DNA of 62,573 nt, filler included, from Intoshia linei (lineage: Eukaryota > Animalia > Orthonectida): NCBI GenBank assembly GCA_001642005.1. It is 6 parts of 6 records of this genome, joined end to end, with 100 filler letters (N's around TTAATTAATTAA, not from the genome) between each part and the next. Parts side by side here need not be neighbours in the genome. Positions count along the whole stretch, not along the records: positions 1 to 6,951 come from LWCA01001620.1; positions 7,052 to 21,192 come from LWCA01000979.1; 4 more parts are not named here. One strand, written 5' to 3'. This document shows, piece by piece, positions 1-10,327 of the stretch. The notes beneath the pieces were generated by a model, which saw only the letters and a program-made list of their open reading frames with translations, did not search any database and was not told the DNA's origin. The position numbers and the translations under genes are program-made. Positions within the stretch are counted from its first letter, which is position 1; every line of letters starts with the position of its first letter.

Positions 1-700
1 CATAACATTAATCTAATCGATGAATCAAAAATGAAATCATCTAAGTCATACCCACTAAGTATTAATCTACGTGAAGCATATAAGTTGTTTATACAAAATC
101 TATTAGATAAAGGTTTAATAGAAGAACGTAAGTCATTTTTGTTCGAATTTTTTTTTATAACGAAAACCTGATAGAACATTTAGGGGTCTCACAGATTATC
201 GTAATTTAAATTCATTTACTGTCAAAAATAAATATCCAGCTCCACACCTAAAAACGTGTTTGAACTTTATGGAAGGTAAAAAGATTTTCTCTAAACTCGA
301 TTTAAACAGTGCGTATTATCAAATTCATCTAGCAAAAGAGGACAGATGAAAAACACATTTCTGTGTGGTTCAAAATTGTACCAATTTTAATTATATATTT
401 TAATGGGATTGCGATCAACGGTATCATCCAAAACAGGAGTTTCACCGTCTCTTGTAGTTCTGGGGTATATGTATTCTCACAATATACAAGACCGTATAAC
501 AATATCTGATCAAATTCAATATAATAAATCTATATATAACAAAAGAGTAAAACGTAACTTTGACAAACATATTCAAAAATCAAAAAGTTATTTTACTGAA
601 AATATTTCTTATCCCTCAAAGAAAATCAAAGCAAGAATCTATATACAAACTCCGCAATCGCAATGACTGCAGAAAACCTTCAAGATTCCTTATCGGGCAA
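1..700 (+). mobile_element. Degenerate Ty3/Gypsy LTR-retrotransposon pol remnant (RT fragment joined to integrase C-terminal fragment)
   Basis: About 165-370 translates KPDRTFRGLTDYRNLNSFTVKNKYPAPHLKTCLNFMEGKKIFSKLDLNSAYYQIHLAKEDR*KTHF, with Gypsy RT motifs DYRxLN and FSKLDLxSAYYQI. 403-470 LRSTVSSKTGVSPSLVVLG resembles the integrase C-terminal TGxSP motif. Stops and frameshifts are present. Confidence 0.85.
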
Positions 701-717
701 TAATTTGGTGATGAAGG

Positions 718-873
718 TGTAATGTTACTACAGTAATATATTATTGTATATGTATATAAGAATTATTGTTCTTATAACCAGAACTGTAGATTACATTATC
801 GCTGTATAGCATTATTTATTTTACTTTAATACAGAATTTACATTAGTTTAATACTCTCTATCAAAACATTACA
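718..873 (+). repeat. Putative 156-bp 3' LTR of the Gypsy remnant
   Basis: Begins TGTAATGTT (718) and ends AACATTACA (873), a perfect 9-bp terminal inverted repeat with TG...CA ends. It is preceded by a purine-rich PPT-like GGTGATGAAGG. Confidence 0.7.
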
Positions 874-1413
874 ACTTTCACTCTTAAAAACAATTTAGGT
901 GGAAAAGTAACACTGTAGCTGAAAATAAAATATTTATCTTACTTTTTTTAGATTATGTTAGTAAAACAAAAGTTTTGAAAATGTCAGCTGCTTCCACTTT
1001 AAGTGAAGAAATAAATACCAATTTAGAGAAACTGTAAATAAGACTGAAAGTAAAAATATTTACATTAATAATTGTTCCAATTTTACAATAAATATTTAAA
1101 TTGCATTATATTATAATCAACAGCGGTTCTCAAATGGGGCACTGCTATTCATATTCAGTTTGTCTCATCCTATAATCCATATGACCATATAAAATGTAAA
1201 CATTTTTATATTGGAATGCATACATTTTATAAATAACCTTACCAACACAATGCGCTAAAGCGAATAACCTTGCAAACACAATACATAAAGCGGGCTACTT
1301 TATGCACTAGTTACAATGTTTCAGATTATGCCGAGTTAACGACGCAAGTTTCGTACGATAAAAATAAATATAAACATTAATTGTTTAATTCTGAATGAAT
1401 AAATAAACTTTTA

Positions 1414-3740
1414 TCAAACGTTTACCCCTTTTAACAATATAGCAGAAGAACCTCCACCTCCGTTACAGATGGCTGCAATTCCAAATTCACCTTTTTTCAA
1501 TTGTAATGCCAAATGTCCAGTTATGCGTGACCCAGAAATTCCGATCGGATGCCCCAAACTCACTGCTCCTCCATGTATGTTGACCTTGGTTAAATCGAGG
1601 TTTAATTTTTTTGTTATTGCTAATACTACTACACTAAAAGCTTCGTTGATTTCCCATAGAGTAATATCTTCTTTTTTTAAATTATTTTCTTTGAGCAATT
1701 TTTCAATGGCAAACACTGGGGCAATAGCAAAATCTCTAAAGCATAAAAGTAAAAAATGTATCCACGTGTCATGTTTAAAAAATAAATTATTCATTTTTAA
1801 AAAACAAACGTACCTGCACTAGCAACAGATTAAGTGGACCACTTTTTTCAAAATTTAAAAATTTCAATTATTTTCCGTTTTTCTTTATAAAATAAAGTTA
1901 TGGAGTTGAAATTTTGTATTTATATCAACTGGTATAAGCTCTATCAGAATAATCTTTTTTTTTAATTTTCGGACCGTTAATTATTTCACATTTTTTTTAA
2001 TATAATATTTCGGAATAAAAATATATGAATACTAAAATGCTTTTTTGACCGTGAAATCGTCACTTATTAGAATTGAAATTTTTTGTGTGTGTTAACAGGA
2101 TTCAACTGTACCACCTATAATTTTAAAATCCGTATCCGCGTATATATTTTTTTAAATTCTCCAACTCATTTGATTTTCAAAAAATGACAATTGGAATTTT
2201 TGACCCGTAAGATGTGCGTTTAGGAAATTGAAATTTATTTTATTATCACCCCAGAAAAAACTGTAATTGAAATAAAGTAGAACACACACAAAAGAAATAT
2301 TCTGTAGCATATTATATAAATAAGGACAATAACATGGATCATTTGCTAAAAGCGAACCACCTTTTCCAAAAATTGTCTCCTTAATCTGTCCTACTGTATA
2401 TTAAACGTGCAGGAAACTTTTATAATAGAAAAATAAAAGATTGTTTTTAATAACTTGAGTACATGTGGTACATACTATGTAGTATCATTTTTTGACATTG
2501 AAAATTAAAATATTAACATTAATTCAATTTTAAGGTCAAGTTAAAATCAGATAGTAAAATTATCTTCTCAAACAAATTAAAAAAAAATATTTCCAGTACT
2601 ACCATATGCACATGTTATAAATATTTTAAAAGTAAATTATACAATGAATCCGGCGCTGCAGAAGCTTTACATATAACTAGTACAAGGGCACGGGTAGCTA
2701 ATTTTATAAATATATTAAAAAGTACACTGGATCAGTGGCTGCATCACAAAAATCAACAATTTCCGCTATAGGAGACAAGTTTCCACTGTTAATAAAATTT
2801 TCTGAGGCGAGAACAAGAGCAGCAGCTCCATCATTAAGCGAACTAGCATTAGCTGTAGTTATGGTACCATTGTCACGGTCAAATACAGGTCTAAGATTTC
2901 GCATTTTTTCTGGATTAAATTTAGTATATTCATCATCTTGATATATTGTTGATTTATCAAAAGAATTTATAACTGGTACAATTTCTTTTTGAAATATTCC
3001 TTGAGTCGACGCTGTGGAAGCACGAATATAACTTTGCTCTGCATAATTATCCTGATCTTGTCTAGTAATAGAGTACTCTTTAGCTGTTTTTTCAGCACAT
3101 ACACCCATGTGAGTTAATTTATAAGCATCAGTAAGGCCATCCTAAATAATATACTATATTAATTAATTTACTCTTAATTTTAATTATAGTCAACCTTGAC
3201 AATAGAGTCTTCAATCTTGCCTCCTCCATAAGGAATTTTTGATCTTTTCAAGTAAAAGGGTGCTCTCGACATTGATTCCATTCCACCGGCAACAATACAT
3301 TGTTGATGAGATAGCATGAGAGATTGGGTAGCAAACATTATAGATTTCATGCCAGATGCACATACTTTATTTACAGTGGTACATGGTACAGTGCTGGGTA
3401 ATCCAGCACCCAATGCAGCCTGTCGAGCTGGTGCTTGTCCGCATGATGCTTGTAAAACGTTTCCCATAATAACTTCATCCACAACACTGGGATTCATATC
3501 AATTTTTTTTAAAGCGGCATTTATAACTATTGCTCCCAATTTAGTTGATTCAATAGTGTTAAATCCTCCTTGGAATGATTTTATTGGAGTTCTCACATAA
3601 GAGGTTATATAAACTTTTGAGAATTTCATGTTGTTTTTATTGTGTGTATAATATATTTTGGTGGAATGAAAATTTCGATACGTTGTAAATGACCTAAACG
3701 TCATCAACGAACATAAACAAATTTTGTTTGACTTGAGCAT
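1414..3740 (-). CDS. ACAT1: Mitochondrial acetyl-CoA acetyltransferase (thiolase), 3 exons: 3740-3195, 3141-2726, 1735-1414
   Basis: GT-AG joins give ...DSIVK|DGLTDAY... and ...ATDPV|DFAIAP. Catalytic motifs [18 protein letters not shown] and ICNGGGG are present, with a basic N-terminal transit-like peptide. Confidence 0.92.
1817..2397. mobile_element. Tc1/mariner-like MITE remnant containing a Helitron-like repeat copy (thiolase intron 2)
   Basis: Imperfect inverted ends cactagcaacagattaagtggac and gtctccttaatctgtcctactg. The internal 1870-2326 segment matches the abundant repeat family seen at 27705-28562. Confidence 0.5.
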
Positions 3741-4272
3741 TAAGTTATAAATAAATAATTCCGACTCACGAAAATGACAGTCACTTTATTGAGATATACA
3801 ATGTGATAAATTTACCAAGTAATCAGATAATATTACAATCAATTGTAATTTATTTAGCTCGATATGATCAATAATTTGAAGCTTACATTTTGGGATTATC
3901 AATTAAAATGTAGTATTATTAACCGTTACAATATTTCATTATTTCACAGATTAGTTTGATTCGTTTTTTAAAATTTTGACATTGAAGCTGTGAGTAAAAC
4001 TCACGTTCAACAATTCATGTTTACTTTATAAAAATCTCGTCAAATTGTCATTTTTATAAGTAATATGATAATAATCATATTAAAGATGTTTATCAATTGA
4101 AAGTTTAAATATAGAAGATGATAAACGTTGCGTTACATGAGGCCGTACTAAAATATAAATATTTAGACATTTTTTCTATGGAAATGAATTTTGAATTTTG
4201 TTTCCATAAACAAATATTATAAGTAATTTTAAAATCTAAATTGTAGCTGCCAATTAAATTTATATGAGAGTA

Positions 4273-5613
4273 TTAAAAAAAGTATAATCTAAAAAAAATA
4301 ACAAAAAGTATTGCCACAACAATCAAAACAAAAATTTTTATGCAAGAGGCCCGACGATTTAAATCGGTGGATAAATCTTTAAATTTTCCAGAAAACATAC
4401 TGATGGCTTCAGCTCGTCGGTCCAAATCTAATTTATTTAAATTAATACAATATATGCGGTGTTTGTACTGATGGTGCACCAGCTATGCTTGGTCTGAAAA
4501 TCTGGGTTTCAGATAAAAATAAAAGAAAAGTTTCCTGGTATTAAAGGGGAAAATTTCTCATTAATTTAAAGTAATTAAAAGTTTAGTAACTTAAAAAATT
4601 AAAATCTTTCTGGTATAAATAATTGTAATGTGAATAAAAAATATAAAATGTATGCAATATCATTATAAAAAAATAACCATGAATGCCTTCACCGCGACGA
4701 AGAACATCTTCAATGTTTTTAGCTGTAATATTAGTAACCTAAAGTTAAATGTAAAAAAATAAAATTTAAAAATAACTTCGTTGAGTTCAACATAAACTTG
4801 AGAAAGATTAGATTTGGTATTAGATACATTTCCACATTTTTTAATGTAATCCTGGCGTATATCCTGTATTTGAGAATCTTAATAAAAATACATGAAAAAA
4901 TTAACTAATAAATTAAATTAAAGGTTAAAATCAATTAAAAATCTGAAAATGAAATAAAATATCACAATAAATCAAAACGATATTGAAATATTACCTGTTG
5001 AATAAAAATGAATAATGCGCCACTATCTAATTAATACATTTATTATTGTTATTAAATCACCAAGTAATTGGCGCATTCATTTAAAAAAATTATCACAGGC
5101 AATATAAGATACATTTAAAAAATTTTTACATTACATATTTAAAATGTGACATTTTACGTTAATCTTTAATTTAATTAATACCAAATTCTAAAAACGAATA
5201 AGGCCGCAAAGGTCCATCTATTTGAAAGTCACAATTGGTAAATCTGGTTTTAATAACATTTAAATATTCAAACACCAAATTAGATTGAGAATCAGTGTCG
5301 GTCAAAGTCAGATATGCAACATTTCCAAATATTTTGTAACTACATTTTTTATATATTTTAGATTAATATAAAATTAAAAATATCAAACTATTACTAGAAT
5401 AAATGATCTCCCGATCGATAACAACCAACATTGGCTCGATTGGCTGAATTACGCAAAAGTGCCTTCATTTGCTTATCCAACTTGCTAAGTTCGTTTCCAA
5501 TCTACAATATGGATTAAATCAAATTGAAAAAATAAAACATTATCGTCATCTGAAATATAAGAAGCTAAGGGCAATGCATCCCGTGAACGAGCAATAAGTG
5601 TAATATAAAACAT
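4273..5613 (-). CDS. SEC22: Vesicle-trafficking longin R-SNARE Sec22 (multi-exon)
   Basis: N-terminus MFYITLIARSRDALPLAS, then RPYSFLEFD, the NIEDVLRRGE motif, a SNARE helix and C-terminal TM IFVLIVVAILFVIFFRLYFF. Exons are joined by GT-AG introns. Confidence 0.9.
4450..4550 (+). mobile_element. hAT (Buster/Charlie-type) transposase fragment in the last SEC22 intron
   Basis: Translates ICGVCTDGAPAMLGL...SGFQIKIKEKFPGI (one frameshift). CTDGAPAM is a characteristic Buster-type DDE motif. Confidence 0.7.
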
Positions 5614-5905
5614 TTATAAATCAAATTTAATTTGAACGAAATTTATTTAGCTTGACTACACATAAATCTAAAAACGTAGTTTTCAATTTAATTTAACATT
5701 TAGTTTTATTCTTTACATTTACACCTTTATATTATATATATTATTATTGTTATATAATATATATGGATATTAATAAAATAATTTAACAAATTATTTTTAT
5801 TGTCTTTTTAGTCACCAGAGTTTTAGTTTCTATGAGCTCTTTTATTGATTGTAATTTTCTATAAATTGAAACATTTTCGTATCTGTGTCAAGTCAAAATC
5901 CGAAT

Positions 5906-6361
5906 ATGGCATCCATTATTAGAAGTGAAGAAATGGCTAAATGCAATATTTATATACAATCGGAAGCTGCTTATTCTGTTATTTCAGAAATTGGTGAAAT
6001 TGGAATTGTGCAATTTGTTGATGTTGTTTTTTTTCGATCAAGTTCAATTTTTTTAGATGAACCAAGATATTAATGCATTCCAAAGAAAATTTATTTCAGA
6101 TATCAAAAGGTGCACTTTTCTTGAAAGGAGTCTAAGTAATTTATTTAACATTTAAATTTTAACCAACTTATTTTAAAATTCTAAGAATTTATTTCTTTAT
6201 TTCAATTTATTAATTATACAACAGTTTTTGGCTTAATTTAATATATTTACAATTTAAAACTAGATTATTTACAAGAAAATCTTAATAAAGACGGCATTTT
6301 ACCTAATGAGTTGATTGAATCTTTACCTGCGCCGTCTCAGAACGATATTATCGATTTAGAG
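5906..6361 (+). CDS. ATP6V0A1: V-type H+-ATPase V0 subunit a, 5' exons only (5906-6022, 6057-6135, 6264-6361); truncated by contig end
   Basis: MASIIRSEEMAKCNIYIQSEAAYSVISEIGEIGIVQFVD|MNQDINAFQRKFISDIKRC...LPAPSQNDIIDLE matches the conserved subunit-a N-terminus. The paralogue number is not resolvable. Confidence 0.85.
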
Positions 6362-6781
6362 GTACATAATTATTATAAATATATAAATATTTGTAAATAA
6401 TTATTAAAATTAATTAATAATTTTATTAAGTTCTGCTAACGTAACAAGGAATTTTCCATACATGTTAAAATCGGTATTAGCTGGTATGTTTTGTTTTTTA
6501 TTCCAGGAATATTAATTTTTTTCATTTTTAAAAAGTATTGATAATTTGTGGTTTTGGCCGTGAAGGTGTAAATTTTTGAAGTTAAAATTTACGATAATGC
6601 TCATGGTTTTAAAAATTATTACAATTAACATTATATTTTTAAATTCTGGGACTTTATGAATTTACAATTTTTATTTAATATTTTGAATTTAATCGGTGAT
6701 GGCGACATTTTTCCATGTTGAGTCCGCATTGTAAAGCAATTTATTATTTCAATTTTTTACATATATGTAATAATATATTAA

Positions 6782-6951
6782 TGGGTGTCTACTTAAATGC
6801 AACCATTTTTACTAAAATCCAACTATTTTTACTAAAAATCAAAATTTACCAACACTAACCGGAAAAATCCAGTTTTATTAACCCTAAAAGGAAAAATTCC
6901 AGTTTTACCAACCCTAAAAGGAAAATTCTAGTTTTACCAACCTTTAAGGGA
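6782..6951 (+). repeat. Dispersed element carrying a ~29-30 bp tandem unit (aaaaatccagttttaccaaccctaaaagg)
   Basis: About 4 units here, about 7 units at 54405-54630, and a reverse copy at about 39630-39702. All sit next to the motif aaccatttttact. Confidence 0.75.
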
Positions 6952-7051
6952 NNNNNNNNNNNNNNNNNNNNNNNNNNNNNNNNNNNNNNNNNNNNTTAAT
7001 TAATTAANNNNNNNNNNNNNNNNNNNNNNNNNNNNNNNNNNNNNNNNNNNN
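6952..7051. other. Artificial contig spacer (N-run, TTAATTAATTAA, N-run); same at 21193-21292, 27605-27704, 38669-38768, 60893-60992
   Basis: The same 100-nt N-padded six-frame-stop linker occurs five times. Confidence 0.98.
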
Positions 7052-8238
7052 AATCATTCAAATCGTCAAATAGTATACAGTTGTCATAAATGTTTGCTGT
7101 ATAAAATTTATAAAAAATAAACAAATTAATTTCAATATTATTTATTTCATTTTTGGAAATTGTAACTAAACAATAAACTTATTTAAATTTTATTGACTTG
7201 TAGAAGTACAATACGTTAGTTAAATTAGGGTGTGTATTTAAGTGTTAACTAAATTATGTTTGGCTTGTATAGAAAAATGGTAAACTTGTAGGTGGTTAAA
7301 ATAAACACCAATACATTGCAATAATAGTTATAGGGTAACATCAGAGAATCTCAACACATTTCACAGTTGATACGCCTACATTTCCAAAAACACATTTTGC
7401 CTCAAAATATTACAAAAATGATAATAAATTTTATTTAGTGTAGCTATGACATTACTTGAATATATAAAATCCAATAATAAACCTTAAATCTTTACTTCAC
7501 CAAAAATCGTTAATCATGGAACTATCCGATTAGATAGTACATTGTACAATCCAATGTTCTCAACATGAAATGACTATGAAATTCCGAAAAAAAGTATAAA
7601 AAATCACACCCCTAATGCATAGTCAAGTATTTGTTGCTTGTTATTAAATATTAAGAGTCCATGATAAATGTTTTTTGATAGGGGCGATAATCCCGCAAAT
7701 ATGAAAAATTTTTAATTTAAGGATCGAAGACTCAAAAAAAATCGAGACTCCCTGATCTAAGTAATAAGGAAGTTAATAATTAAGTATATTACAATAAGTT
7801 AACTTTAATTTTGAAAATTTTAAAAATATTTATAATTTATGAATCATAGACTCATATCAGATAAGCTGGCACACCAAAATAAATTCTAGGACCCATAGGG
7901 TCCCATTACCCGATTTGGGAAATTCTATTTGTATGAACTTGTAATTTGCATTTGAATCAAATAAAAATGTATTGTTGAGTAGTTTTAGCAAGATGTTAAA
8001 TTTTAGTCGAAAATGATAACCAGTAAATTTATTTGGAATATATTTTAAGCCGAAAATTTTTGTTCGTCACCATAAATAATTTTGGCTTTACATTTAATAA
8101 GAAATAAACTAAAATTGATAGAACATATTTTTCTGGCCACTTTACCTTAGATGTCAATGCATTGTTAGATACTAAATTAATGATTTGTTAACAACAAAGT
8201 GAATACAAATGTAAAACTGAAAATTACAATTTCGTCTA

Positions 8239-8606
8239 CTGTCTTTTCTCGATTTTATTAATTTTTCTCGATTATTTATACTGATATCTCAATTCGAAGT
8301 CTTCTTATATTCGAGAGTAGAAGGTAAAATGCTTATACTCAAAAACAAGCAGACTTATAAGTAAACCTTGAAAAATATAAAAAATACACTAAAAGTTTTT
8401 TCTAATTAGTATAAACTTATAAATTAGACATTCTATTGTATGAAGGAAGTTATTTTTTAGAAATAAATTGATATGTTGTCTATTTTTTGTTTAAAGTTTT
8501 TTCTTTCGAATACAAGCAGAAACTGCTTATATTCAAATTTTATTTAGTTAAAAATTTCACTGAAAATTTATATTTCAGGGGTCTGCTTATAATCGAGAAT
8601 AGACAG
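8239..8606. mobile_element. pogo/Tigger-type MITE with TA target duplication (second copy 35970-36300)
   Basis: TA|CTGTCTTTTCTCGATT ... AATCGAGAATAGACAG|TA. A near-identical inverted copy lies at 35970-36300. Confidence 0.85.
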
Positions 8607-8716
8607 TACATTTTATATTTAAAAGATTCTTTCAAAATTTCCACACCATTCAATTAAACCAATATCATTAAAAAATTGACACAACAAAACAATAGTGTAG
8701 AAAGTTTATTAAATAT

Positions 8717-8895
8717 TTATGAATATCTCAAGTGCAACGTATAACAAATACAAAAAGCGCTACATAAAATAGCGGTGAAGCACATGCCAGTGAGAGATAT
8801 ACTTAAAGAAACAATTCCATAATAAAAAGAAGTATTAAAATTGCCAAAATTATATTCGTTGGACGATTGAATAGAATAATACAATGAAGGAATAC
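8717..8895 (-). CDS. Second, paralogous terminal exon of the CD225/dispanin gene (candidate alternative last exon)
   Basis: tttag|GT ATT CCT acceptor in the same phase as exon 2. It encodes GIPSLYYSIQSSNEYNFGNFNTSFYYGIVSLSISLTGMCFTAILCSAFCICYTLHLRYS*, which aligns without gaps to exon 2. Confidence 0.65.
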
Positions 8896-8979
8896 CTAAA
8901 TTATAATGAGCAGTAAAAGAATTTATTAAAATGTAAAGACAAAATGATAAATGCTGTATCATGTAAAAAGACTGGAGAA

Positions 8980-9535
8980 TTAAATATTAGTTGAATTTGA
9001 AGAAAAATTAAAATTATTCATCGATTTTCTAATTGACTTAGTAAACAAGGTTGCAAAAGCCGTCATCGTCATAAAGTAATAAACGACAAAACCCACACAA
9101 ATGGCAGCAATTGTAATTATAATACCCGTGAGTGACAACCCCAACGAAATGTTTCCTTTTTTACGAGCATCATTTACATTTTGGCCTTGGAGTGCATTTT
9201 TAGATTTATTTGAATATATCAGTGCAGGTATTCCTATAATTAATGATTAATGTCATTAAATTATATATTTACATTTTTTAACTTTGACAATTTAAACTTA
9301 ACAATTGCATTAACATTTACATTTATTTATGTTATTAAAATCAACTCATTAATGTATTACCGAAAATAAAATTTACGAAACAAGTGATGATTGCAAGTAA
9401 TTTATAATCCGAAGGTGCATGAATAGGACGCTGAATAGGCATAACTGCATTATAAGTGTTTGGAGTATAATTATTTGGTACAAAGTTTTGTTGGTTATAT
9501 GTGGCAGTATACGGCGGTATATTCTGAGTTTCCAT
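8980..9535 (-). CDS. CD225/dispanin (IFITM/PRRT-like) membrane protein, exons 9535-9361 and 9233-8980
   Basis: P/Y/Q-rich N-terminus followed by PSDYKLLAIITCFVNFIFG|IPALIYSNKSKNALQGQNVNDARKKGNISLGLSLTGIII, the CD225 domain layout. Confidence 0.85.
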
Positions 9536-10327
9536 TTTTTCAAAGTATATAAACACTATTTTCTTACATTTAATATAGGTTAAAATGTATAAACAAATAG
9601 CATAGTTTCGAGAATGAATATTAAACACGTATTAAAAATGACATACATATATGCGTTATCATATGTATCTTAAAATGGATACAACAATGTATGCTCCTAA
9701 ATTTCAAGTTTAAACTTGAGATATTCTTATCATAAGAGTATCAGATTATACTTTTTATAAACATTAAAATTCAAGATAAAATTTTTTATTGGTTCATTTA
9801 CGATGGCACAATATACGTCTAATATTTTAATAATCAATCTTAATTTTGCGAATTTTAAAAATATTTACAATTTATGAATCCTAAAGTGTGAGCCATAGCA
9901 TCAGACGAACTGATACACCAAAATAATTCCCAGTGTCTCATTTCCGAACGGCTAATATATAAAGAATTAAAAAATAATTTTTGTTAGAAAATTTTTTATT
10001 ATCCAAACGGGTGGCGCTGTAACCTTAGTATTTACTTTATATTACTTTACTAAAAACCCCACTAAAATTGGCGATCACTGACATTTATAACGTGACAATT
10101 TTAGTATATTGTGATTATTATTTTCGTTATGGTTTTTTACCACCTTAGGAATAATAGCAACCTAATACAGTCCTTCCTACTGTTTTTATTTATAAAGTGG
10201 TATTACAATACTGCAATACAACAATGCCTATTGAAAAATTTTGCATCACAATTTCCGATATTAATAATTACGAATCAGGTCGTAATTATTCCCAAAGTGG
10301 CCGAGTAATTGTATATTAAAAAGAACT

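Noticed and set aside
1469-3600. Plus-strand ORFs 1469-1822, 2735-2941 and 3316-3600
   Set aside because: They are antisense shadows of thiolase exons with no independent coding signal.
4995-5027. 32-nt AG...GTAA-bounded pseudo-exon in a SEC22 intron (possible poison exon)
   Set aside because: The flanking exons join correctly without it, and such signals arise easily in AT-rich DNA. No further support.
6860-6951. AACCCT-containing repeats at a contig end as telomere or CRISPR repeats
   Set aside because: The unit is about 30 bp with no unique spacers and no (TTAGGG)n run. The same family occurs internally at 54405-54660.
6952-7051. Recurrent TTAATTAATTAA palindrome flanked by Ns as a biological repeat or CRISPR-like array
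   Set aside because: It is an identical N-padded six-frame-stop linker used to concatenate contigs.
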